A program made the translations under genes and the position numbers. A stretch of 37,279 nt of DNA, from positions 1 through 37,279 of the forward strand of contig NW_025213910.1 of NCBI RefSeq assembly GCF_004010195.1, written 5' to 3'. The DNA comes from Chiloscyllium plagiosum (taxonomy: Eukaryota). The notes under the pieces were generated by a model. That model was not told the DNA's origin and searched no databases. It saw only the letters and a list, made by a program, of their open reading frames with translations. Positions 1 through 11,240 of this stretch are shown here, in pieces (position 1 is the stretch's first letter; each line of letters starts with the position of its first letter).

Positions 1-60
1 TGCGCGAGGATGTGTGCCTGTGTGTGTGTGCGCGCGTGAGGATGTGTGCCTGTGTGTGTA
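1..60. repeat. (TG)n-rich low-complexity repeat, about two copies of GAGGATGTGTGCCTGTGTGTGT
   Basis: Seen directly; it abuts L1 ORF2 sequence that starts at about 61. Confidence 0.7.
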
Positions 61-1784
61 AGTTCATAAAATGTTTCTCGCAGGAATTTAAAACCTTCTG
101 GGATATCAACCCAGGCACGGCCAATAACCCACCGGTGAAGTGGGAGACAGCTGAGGCATACGTGCGAGGCTTGGTTATCCCATATTCTGCGACCCGGAAA
201 AGACAAAAGGGAGAACAACAGCGCCTGCTCGAGGCTTGCCTGAAGGTAGCTGAAACTGTGTATGTGGATAGGCCTCCATTACTAAACTCCAGCGGAGCAC
301 AGCCCTCAGGGCTGCATTGAAGACCACCCTTACTCAAACAGCAAAAACAGAGCTAGTATTTGCAAAGCAGAGATTATTTGAATACGGTGACAAACCTGGC
401 AGGCATCTAGCACACCTTGCCAGAAAGAAAAAGGCTCCCATTCCATTACATCTATTCGCGAGAGACTGCTGGTACCTTGACTTGTGATCGTAAAAAGATC
501 AATGCAGCCTTTAGAAAGTTCTATTTTGATTTGTACAGGTCACGGGGCTGTGAGGATAGAGCGAGGAAGATGAAGTCTTTCTTTAAAAACCTGGCCCTCC
601 CGGGCCTAACCTCAGAGCAGGTGTCGATCTTGAGTGCTTCCCTGACAACCCAGGGATTACAGGAGGAGGTAAGGCAGCTCCAGTGTGGCAAAGCGCCTGG
701 GCCAGATGGATTCCAGGCTGAGCTCTATCAAGAATTTATAGGGGAACTGGCCGAGCCACTCATAAATACGTATAATTATTCACACAGTCAGGGCTGCCTC
801 CCACCTTCGGTGAGAGCAGCAAATATCTCTCTCATTGTTAAGAAGGGAAAGGCCCCAGTTGACTGCTCCTCATACAGACCCATATCCTTGTTGAATGTAG
901 ATTTTAAAATTCTCTCAAAAATATTAGCATTAAGACCGGAGAGGGACTTCCCATCCATTATAAAAGAGGACCAGACAGAGTTTGTAAAGGGTCATGGATC
1001 CTTTACAAAAACATTAGAAGGATCTTAAATATGGTACAAGGCTGCCAGCAGGGAGCGATACTGGGATTAGTCGTCTCCCGAGATGCAGAGAAGGCATTCG
1101 ATGGGGTAGAATGGCCATATGTCTTTTATACACTGGAGCGGTTTGGTGTTGGCGACGTCTTTACTAAATGGGTTACAGTATTATATAATAATCCCAAAGC
1201 TGCTGTGATCGCCAACGGGTTAAGTTCAGGTAGCTTTAGTGTTGGCAGACGTTGTCGACAGGGATGTCCTCTCTCACCATTATTATTTACACGAGTGATT
1301 GACCCACTCGCAGAGGCTATCCGCACTGACCCTAACATAACGGCCCCGAGGGTTGGATCGAGTAAGCACAAAATCACTCTCTATGCGGATGATGCTCTCC
1401 TTTTCTTAAATGATCCATTGACATCTGTGCCCTGCCTAATTCAAGTGGTTCACTTATTTGGTATGTTCTCAGGTCATTAAATCAATTTTGTGAAATCAGA
1501 GGCCACTGGGAGGTCTGGCCAGTGCAGCCAGTTTTCCAGACGGACCCTGTTTCCTCTCTCGGTGGTCACCAGGAGGGTTTCGGGCCTCGGGTATCTGAGT
1601 ATTACTCCGGCAGTTGGTCAGTTGTATAAAGCCAATTATACACACTTATTAGAGAAAATAAAACAGGACCTTCAACGCTGGGGAGATCTCCCAATGTCCT
1701 GCTTCGGCAAGATTCGGAGATGCCGGTGTTGGACTGGGGTGGACAAAGTTAAAAATCCCACAACACCAGGTTTAATTGGAAGCA

Positions 1785-1816
1785 CACTAGCTTTCGGAGC
1801 GACGCTCCTTCATCAC
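1785..1816 (-). ncRNA. Degenerate minimal hammerhead core (C3 replaced by G)
   Basis: Minus strand reads GTGATGA-A-GGAGC-GTC-GCTCC-GAAA-GCTA-GTG: perfect 5-bp stem II, GAAA and palindromic AGCT. Confidence 0.5.
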
Positions 1817-1831
1817 CTGAATTAAACCTTC

Positions 1832-1867
1832 CTGAAGAAGGGCTTATGCCCGAAACGTCGATTCTCC
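1832..1867 (+). ncRNA. Minimal type I hammerhead ribozyme core
   Basis: CTGAAGA (1832-1838), A, GGGC-TTAT-GCCC (stem II), GAAA, C, GTC (1857-1859). This is the CUGANGA / stem II / GAAA / NUH pattern with a palindromic ACGT stem III. The 5' strand of stem I appears mostly lost. Confidence 0.65.
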
Positions 1868-3697
1868 TGTTCCTTGGATGCTGCCTGACCTGCTGCGCTT
1901 TTCCAGCAACACATTTTCAGCGCTGCTTCCAATTAAACCTGTTGGACTATAACCTGGTGTTGTGTGATTTGTAACTCTGGTTAGGCAAAGTAGCCTTAGT
2001 TAAGATGAATATCCTACCTGGCCTTTTATACCCTATGAGAATGCACCCCCTTTGATGCTGCTGAGGCAGGCGCTTTGTAAGCTTTACGTCTGGCTTGGCT
2101 CCTTTATTTGGAATCATAGACGGCCCCTTATCAAATTAGTAAAGCTGCAGCTCCCACAAGTAAGGGGTGGGCTGGACTTGCTGGATTTCAGGAGGTACCA
2201 GTTGAGCTCCCTATTCTCCTACGTAGCTGATTGCTACGTCACAAGTGACCCACAATCAATCTGGTTAGATATTGAGGCCTCCCAAGCAAAATGTCCCCTC
2301 GTAAACCTACTATTTATGGACAAGATGAGAGCTATTATTGTACTAAATACAATCAAAGCCTGGAGGATAATGCGACAGGATGAGGGTAACCTACAAACAC
2401 CCTCCCCTCATACCCCTACATTGGGAATGTTGTGATTCCAGCCAGCGCTGACTGATGCTGTATTCAAAATCCGGGAATCTAGAGGTATGCCCTGTTTGGG
2501 ATGGGGAGGTCATGATGTCCTTGAGGAGCTGTGTCAGAAGTTTGGGCTGCCCAGCAAGGACCTCTTTCGGTATTTTGAAATACGAGACCTTATGCAAAAG
2601 AAGACCACATTGGTAATTAATCCGTTCAAACCGGTTAGGAAAAGGAGAGTGCTTCGGCCAACGGGTCTGCCCTCGGTCAGGACTCTCCACCACTTACTAT
2701 GTAATAAGGTTTCAAAAGACATAGAACGGTTATATAAAACCCGGAGTCAAGGGTTGGGGATGGAAATCTCCTGAGAGATGTGGGAGGATGTCTGGGAAAA
2801 TGCAAGGCAGATCTCTATCTGCAACAGAACTCAGGCTATCCAACTGAAGATACTTCACAGGGCTCACGTGACACCTGAACGACTCGCAAAGTTCAAGGCA
2901 GGAGCATCGCCAAAGTGTCCTAATTACAAAATCGAAGTTGGCTCCCTCACACATTGTCTGGGGACATGCTACAAGATCCGTGGGTACTGGGACAGCATAG
3001 CGAAAGTCTTGGCAAAGATTTTGGGTACGGAGATTGGGTTGGACCCAGTGTCTCTACTCTTGGGCTCCCCAAATGTGGATGCGTACGGGAGGAAATTATT
3101 CACTATCCTTTCAGTTAGTGAGAGGAAAAATATTTTAGTGAATTGGGTATCCGAAGGTCCCCCAGGACTTTCAAATTGGCACAGGATCGTCATGGAATAT
3201 ATCCCCCTGGACTTCCTCACAAACATGGTGCACCAAAAAGCAGAATTATTTTCTAGAACATGGCAGCCCTTTTTGAACTACAGATATGTCGGCCATATTG
3301 TTCAGGGCCTCTGTTTGGCATGGCGATGGTCCTGACTGGTTCCTGAATAAATACGGGTTTTGTTATGACTTGATATAAATTTATTTGGAATATGTATCTA
3401 GTTATTTATTTACTTATTTATTTTCTTTTCTCTTTTGTTTATTGTCAGTAATGTATGATATTCTATTTTATGTTTTGGTAGTTTGTAGAATAGATTAGCA
3501 GTTAGGTTTTTTTTAGTTTTATATTGGTGTTATTATACTGTAAAGTGGAATACACGATTTTGTACTATTTTTGTAATTTTGTTAAAAATCTCAAAAACCT
3601 TCTTTTTCAATAAAAACATCTGTTAAAAAAATTGAGCTCCCTATTATCCTACGTATCCTCGACCCCCCCCCCCCCCTCTTAATGAAAGCCAAAAACC

Positions 3698-3915
3698 NNN
3701 NNNNNNNNNNNNNNNNNNNNNNNNNNNNNNNNNNNNNNNNNNNNNNNNNNNNNNNNNNNNNNNNNNNNNNNNNNNNNNNNNNNNNNNNNNNNNNNNNNNN
3801 NNNNNNNNNNNNNNNNNNNNNNNNNNNNNNNNNNNNNNNNNNNNNNNNNNNNNNNNNNNNNNNNNNNNNNNNNNNNNNNNNNNNNNNNNNNNNNNNNNNN
3901 NNNNNNNNNNNNNNN
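3698..3915. other. Assembly gap (N run)
   Basis: Run of n. Confidence 1.
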
Positions 3916-4683
3916 GCTCAGACCCTCCAACCCTGGCAACATCCTTGTAAATCTTTTCTGAACCCTTTCAAGTTTCACAACATCTTTCCGATAGGAAGGA
4001 GACCAGAATTGCACGCAATATTCCAACAGTGGCCTAACCAATGTCCTGTACAGCCACAACATGACCTTCCAACTCCTGTACTCAATTCTCTGACCAATAA
4101 AGGAAAGCATACCAAACACCTTCTTCACTATCCTATCCACCTGCGACTCCACTTTCAAGGAACTATGAACCTGCACTTTGTTCAGCAACACTCCCTCGGA
4201 CCTTACCGTTAAGTGTATAAGTCCTGCTAAGATTTGCTTTCCCAAAATGCATTACTTCACATTTATTGGAATTAAACTTCATCTGCCACTTCTCAGCCCG
4301 GCTCTGCATCCTGTCAATGTTGCGCTGTAGCCTGCAGTAGCCCTCTATACTATCGACGGCACCTCCAACCTTTGTGTCGTTTGCAAATTTACTAACCCAC
4401 CCCTCAACCTCCTCATCCAAGTCATTTATAATAACGACCAAGAGCAGAGGCCCAAGAACAGAGCCCTGCGGGACCCCACTCAACACTGACCTCCAGGCAG
4501 AATACTTTCCATCTACAACCACTCTCTGCCTTCTGTTAGCCAACCAATTCTGAATCCAGACAGCCAAATCTCCTTGTATCCCATACCTCCTGACTTTCTG
4601 AATGAGCCTCCCATGGGGAACCTTATCAAATGCCTTGCTGAAGTCCATGTACATCACATCCACTGCTCCACCATTGTCGACCT
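3916..4683 (-). mobile_element. CR1-clade LINE ORF2 RT fragment
   Basis: YMDFSKAFDKVPH, SGVPQGSVLGPLL, KFANDTK (degenerate FADD), LVRPLLEYCVQFWSP and LERVQKRFTRMLPG. Confidence 0.93.
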
Positions 4684-4685
4684 GA

Positions 4686-5292
4686 TTGATGAGGTCAAGA
4701 TGACTGGTGGAAGACTGTGAGTTTTGTTTAATCCTTAATGAGATACAGAGAGACCTTTCAGGATGTCAGATGAATGATGTAACTTTGCGAAAACGCTGAC
4801 TAACTGAAACTCAACTGCACTTCACACATCCATGGCAATTGGTTGTGCCATTGGGAAATGTGGTGAGGGAAACATCTGCGGTGCAGGGTATTCTGATGGG
4901 CATGCACACCCTCGCAAGGCTGAGTGAGCACAGTGGCACTCGGGACGGATACTGGACAGAGGGACTCTAGGTCAGCCCACAGCAACACCCCGAGACGCAA
5001 CCAAGACTCAGCCAAATGGTGGAAATGTTCCTCAGGATGGGGACCTTGTAGTTGCTGCCGGGACGTGAATTGGAAACAGCTCACTGCATCTACACTGAGG
5101 GGGAGGACTCCGAGGCCGGGACTGCAGGACAGTACACTCCCCGGGAGGTCCATCTCCAACTGGTTCGGAACAGTGACATTGCCCAGCAACAGCCAAACCA
5201 GCACCGATCAAAACCGACATCTGGTGAAGGGATTATCAGTTCGAATGGAGGTTCGATACTGGTGTGGCTGTTTCAGTGATCGTGGAATCACT
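4686..5292 (+). mobile_element. Ty3/Gypsy LTR-retrotransposon fragment (end of gag to protease), decayed
   Basis: ATGGAGGTT-C-GATACTGGTGTGGCTGTTTCAGTGATC encodes a frameshifted MEV/DTGVAVSVI aspartic-protease motif near 5245-5281. It shares CTGGACAGAGGGAC..GGTCAGCCCACAGCAACACCCCGA with 29502-29543, which leads into clear Gypsy pol. Confidence 0.75.
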
Positions 5293-5394
5293 ACTTCTTT
5301 TTAAAATATATTTTTATTGAAAAATGGATTTTTTAATATCACAACAAATACAAAACAATACAAAAGAAAGAACACTGAAACAATTTTAAACATT

Positions 5395-5632
5395 TGGGGT
5401 GGCATGGTGGCTCGGGGGTTAGCACTGCTGCCTCACAGCGCCAGGGACCCAGGTTCGATTCCCGCCTCAGGCGACTGTCTGGGTGGAGTTTGCACATTCT
5501 CCCCGAGTCTGTGTGGGTTTCCTCCAGTTTCCTCCCACAATCCAAAGATGTGCAGGTTAGGGTGGATTGGCCATGCTGAATTGCCCCATAGTGTCAGGTG
5601 GATTAGTCAGAGGGAAATATAGAGGGGGTTGG
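5395..5632 (+). mobile_element. HE1-like tRNA/V-domain SINE, 3'-truncated
   Basis: Degenerate A box, B box GGTTCGATTCC, and V-domain body GGAGTTTGCACATTCTCCCC. Confidence 0.88.
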
Positions 5633-7621
5633 GTTTCATACTTCAACACCCAGCCCTCTCTCCCACACCCTGCAGAGTCGATCAGACTCATCTGAGGTGG
5701 CACCCCCCAATTGATGATACAAAGTGCTGACAGAAAGTGTCCTCTTGGCACTGAGCACCCTCCTCTCTATGTCGGATTTGTCGGGATCAGTCAAAAGTGT
5801 AGATTTTTTAAAATAAAATCCCTAACTTGAAAAAAAAACAAAAGAGATCCCTGTTAGATAGCTCGTATTTCCGTGCTAACTGATCAAAGAACATGATTGT
5901 GTTTCCCTCAAAGACACCCATGCAAGACACACCCCTAGCTGCCTAACGTTTAAATCCTGAATCTATCATACCTGGTTGAAAACTCAGCATACCCACGAAA
6001 GGTGTAAACAAAGATGTTTTGCCAATATTACCTTCCCTCTGCCGAATTGCCCTCCATGCTTTAACGGTATTGATGACTATTGGGTTATGGCAATATCCCC
6101 TAACTGTCCTCACTTTGTCCAAAAACAGCAAACTGGTAAGGGGGCACCTTGCCCGGGAGGCTTCGATATCCAGCCATTTTGAAAGAGAGTCCCCACAAAC
6201 CCAATCACTCATGTAGGATAAAAGTTGATAGTTTTTAATATCCCAGAGATCCATTCCCCCCCAGTCTGTGAGACAACTGCGGTCTGGCTAATTTAATGAG
6301 GGGCCACTTACAGTGCCAGATAAAGGGGCTGAACCAGCCGTTCAATCTCCTGAACGTTTGCTTATTGAAAATCAGGGGCAGCTTCCAAAAAGGGGGAGAA
6401 TATTCATCTGAATAAGCGCTATCCAACCCAACCACGAGATTGGAAGCAGCTCCCTCTTTGAAGGTCTTGTCTGATTTTATCGAATAATTGAACAAAATTA
6501 GCTTGAAACAACCGATCAAGATGAGTAATGAATATGGCCAAATATGTAAGCTCACCCCCCACCCCCGTGACCACTTAAACAGGAACCGAGATTTGCCCTC
6601 AAGACCCAGCTCCTTCATAAGCCCCCCCCCGTAGGCACAGCCTCTGATTTTGCAAAATTAATCTTGTCCCCCGAAAAGGCGCCAAACGTGTAGATGCACC
6701 GTGTCAGGGGAGGCACTGGAACTGCTGGGTTTGACAAGAAAATGCAGACGTCGTCTGCCGATTTTGACCCCACTTCTGGAGCTGATGTACTGGGATCCCG
6801 ACGAACGGCCTCCGCCAACAGTACAATCGCCAACGTAAACAACATTGGCAGGAGGGGGCAGCTCTGCCAGCTGCCCCTACAAATATTAACATTGCTCGAT
6901 CGTACCCCATTGGTGATGACCGCAGCGAGAGGGCCACTGTAGAGAACCTTTACCCATCTTATGAAGTCTTCGCCCAGACCAAACCGCTCCAGAGTATAGA
7001 AAAGGTACAGCCACTCAACTCGGTCAAATGCCTTCTCTGCATCTAAAGAAATCACCAATCCCTGTACTGACTGCTGTTGGCGTGCTTGAATTACGTTAAG
7101 CAGCCTCCTAACGTTATTGGAGGATCTGCGACCCTTTATGAAGCCCTCTTTAATAATAGAGGGTAACACAATCTCCAGCCTTAACGCAAGAGCCTTAGAG
7201 AGGATCTTAAAGTCCACATTTAAGAGCGAGATGGGCCTGTGTGAAGCACAGTCTTCCGGATCCTTCTCTTTTTTAAGGATAAGTGAAATATTGGCCTCTC
7301 TGAGAGGTGGTGGGAGACGATCATGTCTGCACGAGTCACTGAACATGTTAAGCATCGGGCCTGACAATGTTTGTAAATTCCTTATAGAATTCGCTGGGAA
7401 GTCCATCAGGACCAGGCGCCTTGCATCTCTGAAGCTGCCTCACAGCCTCCTGCACCTCCGGCATTGAGAAAAGACTCCATCTCGGCCCGCCCCTCCTCAC
7501 AACCCTCAGATTGGTACAGTTCAGAGTAAAATCTCTGGAATGCCACATTAATCTTTTTGGAATCACATGTTCAGTTCCCGCATCGCTGGAATAGCTTGAG
7601 GGGCTCTCCTTTTCCTGGTAT

Positions 7622-8212
7622 GATTAGATTCGATTCCCTACAGTGTGGAAACAGGCCCTTCGACCCAGACCCATTTCCCTCTGACTAATGCACGTAGCAC
7701 TGTAGGTAATTCCCATGGCCAATCCACCCTAACCTGCACATCCCTGGGCACTGTGGGTAATTTCCCATGGCCAATCCACCCTAACCTACACATCCCTGGG
7801 CACTATGGGTAAATCCCCATGGCCAATCCACCCTAACCTGCACATCCCTGGGCACTATGGGTAATTTCCCATGGCCAATCCACCCTAACCTGCACATCCC
7901 TGAACACTGTGGGTAATTCCCCATGGCCAATCTACCCTAACCTGCACATCCCTGAACACTGTGGGTAATTTCCCATGGCCAATCCACCCTAACCTACACA
8001 TCCCTGGGCACTATGGGTAATTTCCCATGGCCAATCCACCCTAACCTGCACATCTTTGGACTGTGGGAGGAAACCGGAGCACCCGGAGGAAACCCATGCA
8101 GACACGGGGAGAATGTGCAAACTCCACACAGACAGTCACCTGAGGCGGGAATCGAACCCGGGTCTCTGGCGCTGTGAGGCAGCAGTGCTAACCACTGTGC
8201 CACCGTGCCGCC
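7622..8212 (-). mobile_element. HE1-like SINE with head and tail, carrying an internal 7x 52-bp tandem expansion
   Basis: tRNA head at ~8140-8212, V domain at ~8055-8135, ATGGCCAATC at 7715, 7767, 7819, 7871, 7923, 7975 and 8027 (52-bp period), and LINE-like tail at 7622-7700. Confidence 0.92.
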
Positions 8213-8965
8213 CCATTGATATGCTAGGTATTTGCCCGGCCTGTCATTATGCTCATATAACGTTTGCTTTGTGAAAGTAAACTCCTTCTTTGCTGTGTGC
8301 GTGAACACTGAATTCAATGCAGACCGCAGCGCTGTAATCCTCTGTAGCTTGGCCAATGAGGGCCTGTCAAAGTAGGCCTTCTGGGCTGCTGCCGAGGAGA
8401 CATTGCTGTTCACCTGTCTGCTGCTTCCTACTGACAGAGTAGGAAATAACTCACCCCCCTGGTATAGACTTAGGCAGTTTCCCAAAGGTCGGATGGGCTA
8501 TTAACCGAGCCCGAGTTAATGTCGAGGAACGCCGGAAATTCCCTAGAGAAATACTCCACAAACTTATCATCCTTCAGGAGAAAGGGATCCATTTGCCAGT
8601 GCCTTGGGCCTGCTGTAACGTCCTTAACCTTAACCAACAGGTACACTAGAGCGTGATCGGAGAGGGTAATATTACCGATCGTACAAGATGCTACCAACTC
8701 CAGGGTTGCGACAGGGGGTCAGAAAAAATTCGATCCTGGTGTGGCATCTGTGTGGGTTGGAGAAAAACGTAAAATCCCTGCCTGTACGGTGGAGACGCCT
8801 CCAGACGTCCACCAACCCTAACTCCACACACAGACCCAATAACAGTTTAGTTTGTACAGAGGGAATCGAGGAGACTTCAGGCAGCCTGCCTACCGTGGGA
8901 TCCCTGAGACAGTTAAAATCGCCCCCTATAATGATATGCCGGGAATTGAGACTTATCAGTTTTGT

Positions 8966-9262
8966 GGGAACGGTGGCACAGTGGTTAGCACTGCTGCCTC
9001 ACAGCGCCAGGGACCTGGGTTCAATTCCCGCCTCAGGCGACTGACTGTGTGGAGTTTGCACGTTCTCCCCGTGTCTGCGTGGGTTTCCTCCGGGTGCTCC
9101 GGTTTCCTCCCACAGTCCAAAGATGTGCAGGTCAGGTGAATAGGCCATGCTAAATTGCCCATAGTGGTAGGTGAAGGGGTAAATGTAGGGGAATGGGTCT
9201 GGGTGGGTTACTCTTCGGAGGGTTGGTGTGGACTTGTTGGGCCGAAGGGCCTGTTTCCACAT
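8966..9262 (+). mobile_element. HE1-like SINE, essentially full length
   Basis: A box TGGCACAGTGG, B box GGTTCAATTCC, V domain and tail GGGCCGAAGGGCCTGTTTCCAC. Confidence 0.93.
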
Positions 9263-10062
9263 CTAGAACCCAGCTACCAGAAACTTGAGGGGTTGAGCTG
9301 GAGGGTAATAAACATTTAAAACACCATATTCTTCCCTGTTTATCAGAATTACAAACCTCTCGTGTGTGTCTTTAACACGCTCTAGTAAGTTTAATGGGCG
9401 ATTCCTCCTAACCAATATAGCCACTCCCCTACTTCTGGTATTAAAAGATGAAAAGTAAACCCGATCAAAGCCATTCTGCTGTAGTTTGACATGCTCCCTA
9501 TCATCCAAGTGGGTCCCCTGTAACAAAGCAATATCCACCCCCTCCGTTCTAAGACTCAAGAGTACCTTTCTCCCGTTAATTGGTGAGTGACTCCCCTTGA
9601 TGTTCCAGGTACACTATTTAATCAAGTCATTAGCCATAACCTTCTGCAGTAACATTTAGATTCCAGAGAGAAGGAACTCAAACCACAAATCACTGAGCCT
9701 TAGTGTCACATAAAAACTACATCAACTAAACCCACTACAGTTAACAAACCTACAAAGCTATCAAAGATTCTCGACAACAAAAACCAAGAAAAACAAACCA
9801 ACGTATAAAGTGCCAATGACGCTGAATAGGGGGAACGCACTCCCTGCCCAAAGAGGGCAACTACCCATCCCACTGCCAATACTGCGGCCTGGGCATTTAA
9901 ATACCTGAGCAGGGCATAAACTGCCATCCCAACCATTTTCCCTCCTCCCAGCTAGAGCCGCACTGCAATCAGAAAAGAAAGAAAATACACCTCAGAATAG
10001 CAATGTAAACAAACAAATTCTGAAAAATACAAGTAAGTAGCCCACCCACCCTTTGGCATGGC

Positions 10063-10376
10063 CTGGCACGGTGGCTCAGTGGTTAGCACTGCTGCCTCAC
10101 AGCACCAGAGACCCGGGTTCAATTCCCGCCTCAGGCGACTGACTGTGTGGAGTTTGCACGTTCTCCCCGTGTCTGCGTGGGTTTCCTCCGGGTGCTCCTG
10201 TTTCCTCCCACAGTCCAAAGCTGTGCAGATTAGGGTGAATTGGCCGTGGGGTATTACCCACAGTGTTAGGTGCATTAGTCTGAGGGAAATGGGTCTGGGT
10301 GGGTTACTCTTCGGAGGGTCGGTGCGGACTGGTTGGGCCGAAGGGCCTGTTTCCACACTGTAGGGAATCGAATCTA
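10063..10376 (+). mobile_element. HE1-like SINE, full length, in the L1 inter-ORF region
   Basis: Same head, body and tail; ends GTAGGGAATCGAATCT. Confidence 0.93.
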
Positions 10377-10549
10377 CAGCCTAACTTAGGAATTGAAAGC
10401 ACACATCCCAACCACCCCTGAACATAGTCGAAACCAGGTTATTACCAGTTTAAAAAAAGGAAAGGAGAGCTCCTACCAGACTTTCTCTCTTTTTTAAAGA
10501 AAAGCAGAGACATACTGTAACAAGCCCACTATTTGTACATACTACATTG

Positions 10550-11240
10550 TTCAGATGAGGTTAATTTGTCCACAAAGTCTCTTGCCTTCTCCAATATGTC
10601 AAAGAGATGTACAGATCCATCAAAGATGATCCGAAGCATTACTAGATACCTCAGAGAGTACTGGATCCCCAGCTCCCTTAGACTTTTCTTGACACAGTTG
10701 TAGGATATCCTTTTCCGGATCACTGAGAAGGCCTGGAAGGACACGATCTTAGAGCCCTCGTAAACTAGGGTCTTCGGATTCTTCCCTTGGATTCTGGAAG
10801 CTTCCACGGTTCTCTCCTTATCTCTACAGTGATTGAAACCGCACCAAGACAAAACGAGGACGTTGACCCAGACCTGACCTCTGCGCCGTGACCCGGTGAC
10901 TCCAGCCTCCAACGTTACGGAATTCCGGCAGCCCCAGTCCTCAAAAAATTCCGCTCACCTTCCTTCCCCTCCAGCGGAACCGACCATCCGAATATTTTCT
11001 CTCCTGCCCCTGTTCCCGAGGTCATCAACCTGGTCAAGCAAGTTACGGCCCTGCGTCGCCAGGGCCTGGATCCTGTCCTTGGAGGGGTCAGTCTCGGCTT
11101 CCATCGCTGCGACTCCGCGTTCTCCCCCACCCGTCCTTTTCTCCAGCTGTTTGTGCTTCTGCAGCATGACAGAGATCGGGCCCAGCTTCTTCCCCAACCT
11201 GCTTCCCCTACCCCTCGCGAGATTATCGCCAGCTCCTTCA
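10550..11240 (-). pseudogene. L1 ORF1 (Transposase_22-type RNA-binding protein) pseudogene
   Basis: Coiled-coil-like stretch, then DDLGNRGRRENIRMVG and LRELGIQYSLRYLVMLRI; frameshifted. Confidence 0.8.

Larger units (their letters stand above)
1711..1976. mobile_element. Penelope-like (PLE)-derived short insertion with inverted arms, nested in L1 ORF2
   Basis: Interrupts L1 'PMSWLGK'. Flanked by an imperfect 12-bp duplication CTGCTTCGGCAA (1699-1710) / CTGGTTAGGCAA (1977-1988). Arm ~1746-1784 is inverted relative to ~1924-1976, and the same arms recur at 18192-18324. The PLE assignment rests on the hammerhead cores and the inverted pseudo-LTR layout. Confidence 0.75.
61..3335 (+). pseudogene. 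L1 ORF2 (linker, reverse transcriptase, C-terminal domain) pseudogene with multiple stops and frameshifts
   Basis: ORF track fragments 12-320, 417-1028, 1031-1480, 2052-2435, 2487-2774 and 2778-3335 are collinear pieces of one ORF2. Confidence 0.9.
61..3631 (+). mobile_element. L1-clade LINE, 5'-truncated in this window: disrupted ORF2, T-rich 3' UTR and short poly(A)
   Basis: Consecutive ORF fragments carry non-LTR RT motifs GKAPGPDGF, SYRPISLLNVDFKILSK, DAEKAFD, RQGCPLSPLLF and LYADD, then KMNILP and a C-terminal zinc-knuckle remnant (CPNYK..SLTHCLGTC). AATAAA at 3609-3614 and an A-run at 3625-3631. Confidence 0.93.
5633..9637 (-). pseudogene. L1 ORF2 pseudogene (APE endonuclease and RT)
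   Basis: ATG at 9637 (MANDLIK*CTWNIKG), then DIALLQGTHL, SRGVAIL, ITLSDHA, KAPGPDG, RPISLLNVDFKILSK, SLDAEKAFDRVEW and a degenerate ADD. Confidence 0.88.

Noticed and set aside
8966..9040. tRNA genes at SINE heads (also 5395, 8140, 10063, 13425, 16789, 23271, 31874)
   Set aside because: The A and B boxes continue directly into the V-domain SINE body, so these are tRNA-derived SINE heads.
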